This document shows positions 49,664-61,336 of a stretch of DNA of 64,000 nucleotides, in pieces (within the stretch, counting starts at the first letter, position 1; the number at the start of each line of letters is the position of its first letter). The DNA comes from Dimargaris cristalligena (lineage: Eukaryota). The stretch covers positions 1 to 64,000 of the forward strand of contig ML002219.1 of assembly GCA_003614675.1 (NCBI GenBank), read 5' to 3'. The position numbers were made by a program, and so were the translations under genes. The notes beneath the pieces are model-generated. The model did no database searches and had not been told where the DNA came from. It was given only the letters and a program-made list of their open reading frames with translations.

Positions 49664-52600
49664 TCAGGGCGTCGTTTTCCAGTCTTTAGCGTTAACCAAA
49701 TCCAACTGCGGGGGAATTTCGTGGTACCAGTGAACGGGAATGCCTTCCACCCCTTCCTTAATATAATCGTCCAGTTCCTCCCAATCCGCCGCATTGGCCG
49801 CCGGGAAGAAAATCCGGTTCACGCCACTGCGTTTAGCCGCGATGGTTTTTTCTTTCAAACCGCCGATTTTAAGTACCTTACCCGTCAGGGTAATTTCGCC
49901 CGTCATGGACACGGTGGGCGGGATGGGTTTCCCGAGGGCGAGGGAGAGTAGCGAGGTGGTCATGGTGACCCCCGCTGAAGGACCGTCTTTGGGAGTGGCG
50001 CCCTCGGGGACGTGGAGATGGATGTTGTGTTCGTTGAAGAAGGTATTCGTGGGGAAACGGGCGGTGACGAGACTGCGGACAAAGGTGTACGCAATATCGG
50101 TGGATTCCTTCATCACATCACCCAATTGACCCGTTTTCGATAGGTGGCCGCGGCCGATGCGACCTCCGCTGTTGTTGTTGTTGTTGCTGCTGCTGCTGGA
50201 TTCCGATTGATCCTTACCCTCCGGAGTGCGTGCGAGGTGGCTCTCAACGACTGATTCGATATAGAGAACGGAACCACCCATGCTAGTCCAGGCAAGACCC
50301 ATCACTACCCCGGGCGGGGTGATGTCGTACAACCGGTCGGATACGAACACCGGTGGGCCGACGTAGTCCTTCAGGTTAGTGTCGGTAATGTCCAGGTGGT
50401 AGGACTCGGGAACCAACAATGGGCTGCGGACTAACTCCGGGCTAGCCAATGTATCCTTACTGGCCTTCTCGTCAGTCGCGTCGGATTTTTCAGCCGTGGG
50501 GGTCGTGGCCGGGGTAACGGTCCCCAGTTTAGCCAAGCGCTGGCCCTGCTCGTCGAGATCATCCGACCGGTGGGCTTCAAGTTGCTCGCGGTCAGCCGCT
50601 TCGCCCACGTCTTGGACGATTTTAAGGGCGGCCTTCCGGTAAATCTTATCAATGTGTTTCTTGAGATTCCGTACGCCACTCTCGCGACAGTAGTTACGGA
50701 TTAAAGCGGCCACGGCGGGTTGCTCGAGGTTAATCTTCACGTTCTCCAATCCGTTGGCTTTTTGGGCATTGGGAGCCAGGTATTTTTCGGCAATGGCCAC
50801 CTTTTCTTCGGCCACATAGCCGGACAGTTGGATAACCTCCATCCGATCCAGCAGGGGTCCGGGAATGGTGTCAAGCACATTGGCCGTACACACGAAGAGC
50901 ACCTTGGAGAGGTCGACGGGTACGTCCATGTAGTGGTCCAAAAAGGAGTTGTTCTGCTCCGGGTCGAGTAATTCGAGCAAAGCGGAAGCGGGGTCGCCCT
51001 GATGGCCCCGGCCCAGTTTGTCAATTTCGTCAATCAGGACCAGGGGGTTCTCGGTCTGAACCTTCTTAAGGGCCTGGATGACCTTACCGGGCATAGCGCC
51101 CACGTAAGTTCGGCGGTGACCCTTGATTTCGGCCACATCGGTAAGCCCACCCACACTGAACCGGTAGAACTCGCGGGACAGCGAACGGGCGATGGACTTA
51201 CCTACGGAGGTTTTACCCACTCCCGGAGGACCCACTAGACACAGAATCTTGCCCTCGACGGTCCCCCGCAGTTTCCCCACCGCAATGAATTCCAAAATAC
51301 GGTCCTTCACATCCTTGAGGCCGTAGTGATCGGCGTCCAGAACTTGGCGGGCGTGGACCAGGTTGTAGTTCTCGGGGGAGCGTACGCCCCACGGGATTTG
51401 GGTGAGCCAGTCGAGATAATTACGCGTCACATTGAACTCTGAGGCCGCCGTTTCCAGGTGCTGCAGCTTGGCCAGTTCCTCGTCGAAGATCTTGCGCACG
51501 TCCGTCGGCATGCTCAGTTTCTCGGCCTTGGCCTTGAAGGTCTCGACCATTTTGTCTTTGCCGTCGGACTCGATACCCAACTCTTTCTTGATGCCCTTGA
51601 GTTGTTCCATGAGATAATACTCCCGCTGCCGTTTGGCGATCTTGGCTTCTACGTCCTTACTGATCTTACTCTGCAGGTGGGCATTCATGAGCTCCTTCTT
51701 CAGAACCACAAGGGCCTTTTGCAGACGCTCTTCAATGACCAGGCTCTCCAGGATTTCCTGGAGTTCTTCGGGTTCCCCGGCCGACACGGCCGCGGCGAAG
51801 TCAGCCAGTTTGGCGGGCTCTTCGAAGACGTTGCCGGCGGCCTGGGACATGGAGAAGTTGGCGATTTGGTCCCGGAACAGGGGGTTGAGGCTTGCAATGT
51901 CCTTGAACACGGACACAATCTCAGAAGTGACGGCCCGAATAATCTGGTTACGCTTACTATGGGGCTCGTCGTGAAGGTTGTCGACATGAACCACCGATAC
52001 GTCGTAGTCACGCAGGAAGTCGTTGGGGTAGTGCATGCGATCCGTAGAGGAGGCAGTTTCGTCCGACGTCGTGAGTGGCTTCGACGCCTCATCGGCGTCC
52101 ACCGGCGGCAGCACTTCCTGCTCGGCAGCTGCTTTGGATGGCTTGTGGGTGCGACCCCCGCTGGACTTAACCTTGGTGGGTTTCGGGCGTTCCATCTTAA
52201 TCATATCGGTGATGCGCACACGACGGTGGGGGTAAAGGACCGCGGTCAGGGAGCTGTCGTCCTGGTTGGAGGGGAACACACTGGTGATCTGGGCGAATAC
52301 GCCCACCTTGTGGACCTGGTCCAAATTGGCAATCATATCAATATCCTCGTTCTCGTCTTTTAACAAAAAGGCGCCCACGTAGGGTTGTCCGCGCTTCATA
52401 AGTTCCTTGATGGCCGCGATCACCTCGGGGGCTTTGATGACCACCGCCTTATAGAAGCCGGGGAAGAGGCAGCGCCGGGCGATGGGCAGGGCGAGGACCT
52501 GGGTATACTCATCGGGTACCGATGGTTTGGTCAGGCTGTTTTCCAGTACGTCCACGACGCGTCGGATCGCCTCAAACGGATGGTCGCCGTTGCGGGACCC

Positions 52601-53158
52601 GCCTTTATCGCCACTCTCGCCATTCTCGCCGCTGTCGTCGGAGGCACCGCCATTCCCTTTCGCGGACGAGTTGGCGGCTGAGTCACCATCCTCCCCCGTA
52701 GCAGTCGCCGACTCGTCTGAATCGGTGGGGCTCTTTTCGACCGGGGTCCGCTTGGAATCGCCGGAGTCTTCGTTTTCGGCGGGTTCGGAGTCCTCGGGCG
52801 GAGATTTCTTTTGGGCGTGACTGGCCGATGACGTGGAAAGAGCCCGCTTGGTCACGAAAATGATAAGGTGGGGTCGGGTCCGGTGGGCCGGCGAGGCGGC
52901 CGCTAGAGGTTGGGCAGCGGGGTTGAGAATGCCATGCCGGGTCAGGGGCGAGGGGGATCCTGGCCGATGGGGCGCTGCTAAACGGGCTTGGGTGGTGAAC
53001 AGCCGGTCGGTGCGCTGCCAATGTGGGATGGCCGATCGTTGGGGGACAGAGGTGGTGGTCGTGGGCCGGAGGAGGGAGGCCCGACCAACACCTAGTGATG
53101 GGCCCCGGTTAAGCCGCCCGGTCGTCGATAGAAGCGACGAAGCGATGCGACGTGACAT
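49664..53158 (-). CDS. PIM1: Mitochondrial Lon protease (intronless)
   Basis: Arg/Ser-rich presequence from MSRRIASS, Lon N domain, Walker A GPPGVGKT, DEIDK, catalytic PKDGPSAG and KIGGLKEK. Confidence 0.96.
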   Translation of the reverse strand: MSRRIASSLLSTTGRLNRGPSLGVGRASLLRPTTTTSVPQRSAIPHWQRTDRLFTTQARLAAPHRPGSPSPLTRHGILNPAAQPLAAASPAHRTRPHLIIFVTKRALSTSSASHAQKKSPPEDSEPAENEDSGDSKRTPVEKSPTDSDESATATGEDGDSAANSSAKGNGGASDDSGENGESGDKGGSRNGDHPFEAIRRVVDVLENSLTKPSVPDEYTQVLALPIARRCLFPGFYKAVVIKAPEVIAAIKELMKRGQPYVGAFLLKDENEDIDMIANLDQVHKVGVFAQITSVFPSNQDDSSLTAVLYPHRRVRITDMIKMERPKPTKVKSSGGRTHKPSKAAAEQEVLPPVDADEASKPLTTSDETASSTDRMHYPNDFLRDYDVSVVHVDNLHDEPHSKRNQIIRAVTSEIVSVFKDIASLNPLFRDQIANFSMSQAAGNVFEEPAKLADFAAAVSAGEPEELQEILESLVIEERLQKALVVLKKELMNAHLQSKISKDVEAKIAKRQREYYLMEQLKGIKKELGIESDGKDKMVETFKAKAEKLSMPTDVRKIFDEELAKLQHLETAASEFNVTRNYLDWLTQIPWGVRSPENYNLVHARQVLDADHYGLKDVKDRILEFIAVGKLRGTVEGKILCLVGPPGVGKTSVGKSIARSLSREFYRFSVGGLTDVAEIKGHRRTYVGAMPGKVIQALKKVQTENPLVLIDEIDKLGRGHQGDPASALLELLDPEQNNSFLDHYMDVPVDLSKVLFVCTANVLDTIPGPLLDRMEVIQLSGYVAEEKVAIAEKYLAPNAQKANGLENVKINLEQPAVAALIRNYCRESGVRNLKKHIDKIYRKAALKIVQDVGEAADREQLEAHRSDDLDEQGQRLAKLGTVTPATTPTAEKSDATDEKASKDTLASPELVRSPLLVPESYHLDITDTNLKDYVGPPVFVSDRLYDITPPGVVMGLAWTSMGGSVLYIESVVESHLARTPEGKDQSESSSSSNNNNNSGGRIGRGHLSKTGQLGDVMKESTDIAYTFVRSLVTARFPTNTFFNEHNIHLHVPEGATPKDGPSAGVTMTTSLLSLALGKPIPPTVSMTGEITLTGKVLKIGGLKEKTIAAKRSGVNRIFFPAANAADWEELDDYIKEGVEGIPVHWYHEIPPQLDLVNAKDWKTTP

Positions 53159-53967
53159 TAAAGGAGGTGGGCAAATTCGTTGCTGGGTGTGAATCAGCGC
53201 TGGGCTCACAGAAAGAACTGGTTAACTAGTGGGGAAACAAGGCAGTATAATAGTACGTTTGGAAGGGAAGGAATAGAATATAAATCCCAAGTAATGGACT
53301 GAGAAGGTACCGTATAGGACTAATAGATAGCGCGAGTGGCAAGGAGATAAAGAACGATATAAGCCTGGAACAGCCTAGAAACAGGAGACCATATAAAGAG
53401 TCCACCAATGAGGGAATACGCCTTCCTGAATCAGATCGCTCGCACGGCCAAAAGGGGTCGTGGCTTGCTTTGTAAGAGAACTCGTATCGCGGCTATATGC
53501 GGCAGAGCGACCCGCTCAGTTTCCCCCAAACCCAGCCGCCGACCCGCATTTTCGCAAGCGGGCCAGCCAGCGGTTGAAAGCCCCAGTCACCTTGCTTGGT
53601 CTCACCGATTCCTCTGAGCGTGTGTACAGTGGAGTGAAGAAAGTGGCTGCGGTCGTCGAAATGGTCCAATTATTAGGCAAATCACCTGATGACGTTGGTC
53701 TGATAACGGGCGAGAAAGGGGTTTTCGGGTGATACCCACTTCCACCTTATAGTCCCCCAGTCCCTTTATAAGATGCTTCTCAATGGCGAGTTGGCCAATG
53801 TAATCGCAGCACCCTCAGCTTTCTGAAACCGACGTATATACTAGAGTCGACACAGCTTGGGCAATATCATATAGTTTGTCCACTCCTTGGGACGAGTAAG
53901 GCGACTGGGGCTGGTGACGAACAAGGCCGGCTAAACTAATGGTTGGGCAGAATGATCTAATCCCAAA

Positions 53968-54111
53968 ATATGGGAGTAGTTCAACCAGGCTGTATAACGA
54001 AAAATCCATTAGATGGGGCCAGCATTACTGGTTAAAATGGCTACTCCCACATACTCTCCCATACACAAATCATGTAAAACTTTATACAGCTGGCTTGAAT
54101 TTCACCCATAT
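53968..54111 (+). mobile_element. MITE copy 6
   Basis: ATAT|GGGAGTAGTTCAACCAGGCTGTATAA...TTATACAGCTGGCTTGAATTTCACCC|ATAT. Confidence 0.85.
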
Positions 54112-54729
54112 ACTCATTGAAATACACCGTTTAGCTTATTAAGGCGCGTAAGTTTACGATTACCAGGCACTGGAAATCCAACACTACTACTTTCGAGATA
54201 TTAGGCACCATTCGCATAATATGACCAGATTGACGTAACCCGTTGGGGGGCCAGTGCAGTGAAGCAAAAGACCCGCAATATATATCGCGACTGCCATTCA
54301 AAAACTTATTATCGATCGCATTGTACAATACCATATCGGAGCTAAGGGATAAAGCCCCGTATAATTCGCGCCAGACGGTCGATAGAAGCTAATCTCGTGT
54401 TTTGAGATGCGTAATATACCTATTCCCTATAACTCAACATGGACCTCCCCACGCGTCCTATACTGACCCAGTTGTCTATGGATATAAGTTGTATTGCCCG
54501 ATTCCAAATGGCATCACAAGTGCTCTTCATTTTGGTAGAAGAAAATATTTCACCAATGAACACCGCGATCGGCGGAATGTTCCTCCCATTTCAGACCGAT
54601 CTCTGCTATTGCCGGTTAGTTTAAACCAAACTACCACTGGCGGTATACTGAAAGATGATCAAAATCCAGTCAGGGTTTTCCTTTCGTTTTTCATGTATTT
54701 GTCCATATTTAGACACCAATTACCTATTA

Positions 54730-54745
54730 CTCTCCCTCTCTCTCC

Positions 54746-54784
<39 letters not shown>
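54730..54784. repeat. Compound (CT)n(AT)n microsatellite
   Basis: Direct reading. Confidence 0.9.
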
Positions 54785-56524
54785 CCGCGCAATGCTACTT
54801 GACACGTACTGAAGCATACCTTACTGGTCTCCAGCGGGATCAAATAATAAGTTATGTGGCATGATCGATTAATTGTGGGCAGCTAACCCCATCATCTGAA
54901 ACACCGTTACTCTAGGGGTTCACCCATACCGATTATCCTCTTTGCCTAACCATTCTAATGGCTCTCGCCGAAACCAAAACCGGTAGTCTAAGCAAGACAG
55001 GTAAAAATCAATACATATCACTGTACCCTATACCCATTAGATACTCCCGCCCAGTTTTCTATATCCCGACCCCTCATCTCCAAACGGCTCCAGTAACGTA
55101 CTACAGCCCCCACAGGGCTTTGATTTGCCTACCACGTCCAGTTTTTGCCGCAATATTAATTATGGTGTCAGCCCAGTCCTACTAATATATCCCTCTGGAG
55201 CCATAGGCATAGGCTAGGGGTGTTCACGCGGCTCGACTACTGTGCCAATCCCTTTGCTGCCATTACAATACTAATAAACTAAGGGTAGTCGCTCAGGTGG
55301 ATCACATCTACTCAAGGGCACCCCTCCCGTGTTTCTAAACCCCGACGGGGTCAATAAAACTATTATTCCCCAAAGCCGATTCTATAGGCAGCCGCAAAGT
55401 TAATCGTGACCTGCTCACCACTCCCCTTCATAGATGGCCCGGACTTGGCACTTTTAGTTACCAATGCCTATTTTTAAAGTCCGTAGCCTCACTCATTCAA
55501 CCCATTAGGGATGCCAGTCTAATCCACCTCCGATGAGGGCGATTGAGTGCCAATCCTTTGAGTGTCCAATAATTGACCTTGGATAATTGCCACTGCCTTT
55601 CCATTAGGCTCTCCCTCACCCCTGTTCCTTTGGTAAGAGAGCAACAGGGCCTTCCGTCTCCCCTCAGCTAATGATCCACAGGGCATGTCACATTAAGCGT
55701 CCTATTAGATCATCCAATAATGGGAATGGGAGAGCGGTAGATCTCTCAACCTTAGAGAGTCCACAATCTTAGAGAAATAGGCGCCTCCATTTTATTAGCA
55801 TGCAAAAAATAGACGAGGGTCACGATGTACCGGCTCTCTCGGATTGAGATCAGCCGACCATCGTTGGTTCAAATTAGGTCCGATCGACACGTCATTAGCA
55901 ATTGGTTCGTTGGGCTAAAGTCCACTCTAACCCTAACCCTACAGCACTCCTCGACACGGAGAATATAGGCGATTGCACTGCCCCTTCCTCTAAATGGATG
56001 CTTCCGTGACCAATTGAGCGATTCCCTCCCCCCTCCACATCTCACACCGCCCCTGTCATTGCCTGTTCTCTTTTCTATTGACCGGTATACCCCAAATACT
56101 TAAAAGAGGTCAAATACGCCCGCCCCATTACGAAGTTCTGTTCGACATTCTTTCTTTTGCTTAACGCCATTCATACATGCAAATGTATATTATTTATTGT
56201 TTATCCAATCACGCACTATCCATTTATTTTTTTAATGTACATTTATCGTCCATTTTAGATACTTTACGGCCATTACTTATCTTAAACGACAACCTAGCGT
56301 GTTTAATAATAGATAACTCGCATATTCCCAGTTTCCTCGGCCTGAGTCATTCGGAATCCCCTTCTCTAATATAGACCCCCAGAACTGCACCCGACAAGCC
56401 GTATTAATCGCTTGCATTTTACTTCAGGGAAATACCGGTATTCTAGTTGCATTTCCCACATTAGCCCCCACCAGCAGCCTATTAAAAATATTGTGTGCGG
56501 CTGGGTCTGCTCTTCCATAGCACA

Positions 56525-57727
56525 ATGGCTTCTAACCCCACAATTTCCTCTTCGGCGCTGAACGTCGCCTCCGGGATTTCCATCGTATCTAGTATGGCCA
56601 CCATCGCCATGGTCTCCTCTATTCTCTATCGTTTTCCCGTGGCCCGGAGTTCGCCATCGTTTGCTCTATTAGCCTGGCTGGCCCTCGCCGAAGTGGCGCA
56701 ACGACTAGCCGAATTCTTCCAGGAACCCTCCCTATGGAGCGACACAACGCTACCTAATGTGCGGGCCATACTGTGGTTTTCCGCCTTCTGGCACTACATT
56801 TACCTTGCCGTCAACACCGTTTGGGTGTTGCATATGGACCTGACGGTGGTGCGGGGCTTGTCGCGGCGTATCCCCATTCGCCAATACTACGGTTGGTTGG
56901 CGTTGGCCATTGGATTCGTGCTCTCCTTGGCCCACTTGGCGCCCGACGACATTGCGTTTCCCAAATCCCACCTCATCACTATTCAGCTGGCAACCCAGAG
57001 TATGTATCAGTTTCTCTTCGCCTGGGACACCATTTGGCTGCACCTTAGTATGGGCTATACCCTGGTCATCTTAGGGTTTACCGTTCGCCGACTATCCCTC
57101 GGGCCACTACCTCGCAACCCGACCAACCTACTGGCCAACACCCCCCGCCTCACCTACGTGCAGTGTGTCGCCATTCGACGGTCCCTCCTGTGGCCCCTAC
57201 TCTACCTTATCACCGTTCTCCCCTACGCCATTCTGGGTTGGTGCCAAATGTTCCAGCCGGGTCCGGACACCGAAAGCTGGGTCTCAGTGGTTCGTATCAC
57301 TATGTCCATCAAGGGCTGGTTCCTTTTTATCGCGGCCGTCTACCACCCAGTGATGACTCCCGTTATCGGCGAGGTGCTGAAAAATGCGACCCACCGGTCG
57401 CGCTGGCTGTCCCTGTGCTGGCTTTTGGGCCTGGTGATCAATCCCCACCGCGCCCCGTGCCCCAACCCAACTTCCGAAAAGGTCCGGGATTCGACCTCTA
57501 GCAGCTTGGAATCACCTTACATTGACGACCTCGACATGGGTCCCCGCATTACGGGATTCTTTAGTAGTTCGCTGGAGCCGGTTAGGCCAGCAGCACACTT
57601 GGGTCGCCTTTCCGCTGTGGCTCCGAAGCGAACCAAAACGGTCATGATTAACCTTCCCTCCATCCTGGTACATCCTCACTCCAAAGACCAGGGCGACAGT
57701 GTGGTTTACGAGTATACCTTCCTTTAA
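56525..57727 (+). CDS. GPCR-like 7-TM protein (cAMP-receptor-like/Git3-like), intronless, ~400 aa
   Basis: TM1 SGISIVSSMATIAMV, SPSFALLAWLALAE, RRSLLWPLLYLIT, SIKGWFLFIAAVYHP; seven hydrophobic segments. Confidence 0.75.
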   Translation: MASNPTISSSALNVASGISIVSSMATIAMVSSILYRFPVARSSPSFALLAWLALAEVAQRLAEFFQEPSLWSDTTLPNVRAILWFSAFWHYIYLAVNTVWVLHMDLTVVRGLSRRIPIRQYYGWLALAIGFVLSLAHLAPDDIAFPKSHLITIQLATQSMYQFLFAWDTIWLHLSMGYTLVILGFTVRRLSLGPLPRNPTNLLANTPRLTYVQCVAIRRSLLWPLLYLITVLPYAILGWCQMFQPGPDTESWVSVVRITMSIKGWFLFIAAVYHPVMTPVIGEVLKNATHRSRWLSLCWLLGLVINPHRAPCPNPTSEKVRDSTSSSLESPYIDDLDMGPRITGFFSSSLEPVRPAAHLGRLSAVAPKRTKTVMINLPSILVHPHSKDQGDSVVYEYTFL

Positions 57728-59886
57728 TACCACTTCCCCACCTTGGCGCCATTTTTATTTTATTTTTATTTTTTGCCCACCCGTGAAACAGTATGTTTAT
57801 TTAACCTCAAAACGTATGGTATCAGGTGCGCTCTAAATCCCATATCTATATATACCCAGTCTCTGTAGGCTATTTTTTAAAATACACACACAATTAAATT
57901 AATATGATATGCCAAATTACAAGAAATCTCGAATAATATCAGTTTGAGTGGGCCCAATGGTCGCATATGGAGAGTACTTCCCCCACAAAGGGTGACATAT
58001 TGCCAGTCCTGACCTCAAGCCGCACCCTATACTTGAGGGTGCGACCATTTACGTGGATAATAACTCGACACCAACTAATTCTATTATTCGATTAATTATT
58101 ACCCACTATAAGCCGGGCACTAGTAAGTAGCAAGGCCCTTTTTATGCAAGAAGCCAGAGAGGTAGAATTGCAGTGAGGTTCCAGGCGACTTGGATGTACT
58201 CAGTCAAATACGCTCCCGCCTATGTATAAAAGCACCTAAATGATAGTCGAACGGCGGGAACTCAACACGACCCCATATAGTGAGACAGCGGCAACTTAGT
58301 AGTCAGAGATTGCCCAGTTGCTATACCGCCACGGCTTACGTCGCTCTTTTAGTTTTACAGCCCTTATTATCACCCTCTCTGCATGTACGTCTTATTCACT
58401 GAATATATTATCAATGGACAAAGGGTGTTCAGGGTCCAAGCTAGATATTAAGCGATTAAACGATTCTTTTGCCGGCCTCTAGGGGAATGCATTGGTGTAC
58501 CATTATCGAATTCCATGTACACCCTAACCCCCTTGATAATTAACTTACACCTTCAAATAAAACAATAGAGGTATACCTATCACTGTAATACCATAGTTTT
58601 ACGCGAAGAGCACAATAATTTCTTTTTTTTTTCAAATCAATGAATTATTGACGCAAGACTAAACTATATCGCCCTACCAACAGGCAAATGTTCCAGTATT
58701 TTTACATCAATGTATAGTCTAGGGCTGTTGGGGGTGGGACATTATAGGGGGCGACTAATAATACACCACAGTATGTGTTGGGCTATTGCTAACGTCCATG
58801 GATGAGCTTCCCACAGCAGGAAAGGGTTCGGTTGAACCAAAAGATCAAGGGTGGAAGAAAAGACGAGGAATGAGATAAAGGGATAATCAAAGCCTATTCA
58901 CAGAATTGGGTGAAAAATACAAAAGACCAATGTAGGAGCGCTAAAAAGGTCACGGCTGTTACTCGGCTAATTACAAAGCAGTATGAGCCGTACTCTATAT
59001 TCACAGAATAGGATCTGCGGCGTGATTCCAGCAAATGGAAGCCGTTTACTGGAGAATAGGGTGCGTGTAATAGCAGCCAGGCGGGGAAAGCTTTACCCGC
59101 ATGCCGGCCGGGAGTCGGAGCTTGATTCGGGCTACCAATGTTCAAAGTCATTGGACATGAGGCCTGTGCTCCAAGGGTAGTTGACCTCCAGCCGGTCTCG
59201 TATCTACGGGACCAATTTACGGAGGACTGCTATAATTGCTATTGATAATGCATGAAGCTGGAGTCCGGCAGATATTTTCACCGGCGTGGAGCTGTTACCA
59301 TCCATTTTTTTAGGAAAAGTCACCACGACAGTGTCAATTATACCTATTATAGCTAAAGGTCTATTTTATGCGGCAGTATTTTTTAATTATAAAGAGCCAC
59401 TTAAATACAAATCGGCTTACTTCTATAGAAAGCCCTCCCTCAACTCTCGTATTTGCATTGGCTTTGACCCTAGTTACCCGACCAGAGATTTACCCCCCGT
59501 TAATTAAGCGGGCCAATCGCTGTCGGGAATGGGCATTCTGTGATAAAAGACCAAGTCATCGGTAGTAAAATTGGCTTGGCCATTGCATAAACTATAATGG
59601 GCCGAAACCAGTTTTTAGTGGCGTAATCCATTTTGAATACATACCCCCGCCACTTTTACGGGGGTATGGCCAGTTTTCCCAAAAATACCATTTTAAACCA
59701 TACCGTTGAACCCCCGATATAAATATCCGACCTTTCGTCTCCAGCTAAATAATATCCAATTGCCAATTGACCTAATTCTTGCCTCGCTTTACTGCTTTCA
59801 CCCTAACCAACACTTAGCCGCCTACCCAGCACCCACCTTCGCTTTACAACATTCGTTGTTGTTATTTTTTTGTAAAAATTCTAGTG

Positions 59887-61336
59887 ATGCAGTTTTCTCT
59901 TACCTTATTTAGCCTTGCTATTGTAGCTTTGGGGTTGCCCTCGTCCTCAATGGTGGGGGGAGTACCCGTGACTACTTCCATTGGAACCCTGCCTTTCGAA
60001 GTCGTTGAGGTTGTATTAGATTCTTTGGACCGCCCGGACCTCGCCAACTTCGGCCTGACAAGCCAAAGTAACCACCGAACTGTCGACTACTACCAGCAGT
60101 TTCCGACGGAAGTAAGTAAATTAATACCCATCTGATGATATGTTGTTGTATTTCTTTTTTGCTTCACCAATTTGACGTGCAATGAATTGTCACAATGACA
60201 TTATTTTAGCGCAGTACCGAACGCTTAAATTGTAGGCGGTGGGGCGATTGTAAGGAAACCGGATTCTGTGACTGTTCCAACATGTAATGACAAATCCTCC
60301 ACTTTATAACCACCCCCACCGCCTACACAAATCCCTTGACAATCGTACAAACCACTAAATTGACTGGTTAAAAATAATATTTTATCCCATATAGGAATAC
60401 AATAAACTATTGGGCATTATTAAGCAATATGACCAGGCCAAGAAACTCAATACCGATATGAAGGCATATCTATTTGAGCTAATTCAGCCAGCAGTTCGTA
60501 CAGTCATGGTCCAAACCTGGATCACTTCTGTCCTAGTCAGAAATCAAATCGATGCCAAGGGAAATCCCACGAACCCCAACAGTGTACTTGGTCCATCCAG
60601 GGATTTCGCGAAAGTCCAGGTAATTGTCAAAAAATATACCGATTTACTAGATGAACTGGGCAACTCGACGATACTGACCACGGTTGACCCCCAATTGGCC
60701 CGCAAACAGACCGACTACATCTCCGAACTGTACGCCATGTTCCTTCGACTCAGCAGTCTTTATTCCCACAACCCAGCCGTCTTATTCCAGGCCCTTAAGT
60801 CCGTCGACTTTACCGCCTATTTAAAAGTAAAGGCCAAGTCCGTACTGAATACCAATGAACTGGCGTATATCGAGGCGACCAAGATTAGATATGTGAAAAT
60901 AGATACAACCTCCCCATTGGCCGTATTTGAGCTGGGAGCCCTATTTACGGTACTGATGTTGGCCCGCGGCAACCTGTCACAGGCTAATGAAATATCCACC
61001 AAAGTAAATTGGGAGGCCAAGGAGAAGCACACTCTGGCGGCCCTGAGCTTCCTGTATCTCGGCGAATCGGGTCGTGAGGAAGATTTGCGAAAACTGGTGG
61101 AGAATGAGGCGTACCTACCGTACGCCAAGATATCCCTAATACGCTGTTTTAGCTTGAGTGGATACGCACAAGCTAGTCGGTTTCTCGAAAAAGTTCTGCC
61201 GCCGCTTCCCACCGATCATGCGAATTGCCCTGATCTCCGGTTCCAAATATTCGAAATTCTCAAGTCTGTGGGATCCACCACTGGGGAACTGAAAAACAAG
61301 GTGGATATTTTGTACAAAGAGGTTCTTATGCACTGA
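59887..61336 (+). CDS. Secreted F-box-like protein; exons 59887-60111 and 60395-61336 (~388 aa)
   Basis: Signal peptide MQFSLTLFSLAIVALG..., F-box-like LPFEVVEVVLDSLDRPDLANFGLTSQ; phase-0 GTAAGT...ATAG intron in frame; TATAAA at ~59718. Confidence 0.75.

Noticed and set aside
16975-53192. Many antisense and overlapping ORFs within TRM2, RalGAP, the 1689-aa gene, G-beta and Lon (e.g. 51458-52363, 301 aa)
   Set aside because: Shadow ORFs caused by GC-rich codon usage of the real genes
55927-55940. CTAACCCTAACCCT telomere-like repeat
   Set aside because: Only about two units; expected by chance
20569-57727. RalGAP, two 7-TM proteins and G-beta as a signalling gene cluster
   Set aside because: Separated by unrelated genes and long spacers; no evidence of functional clustering
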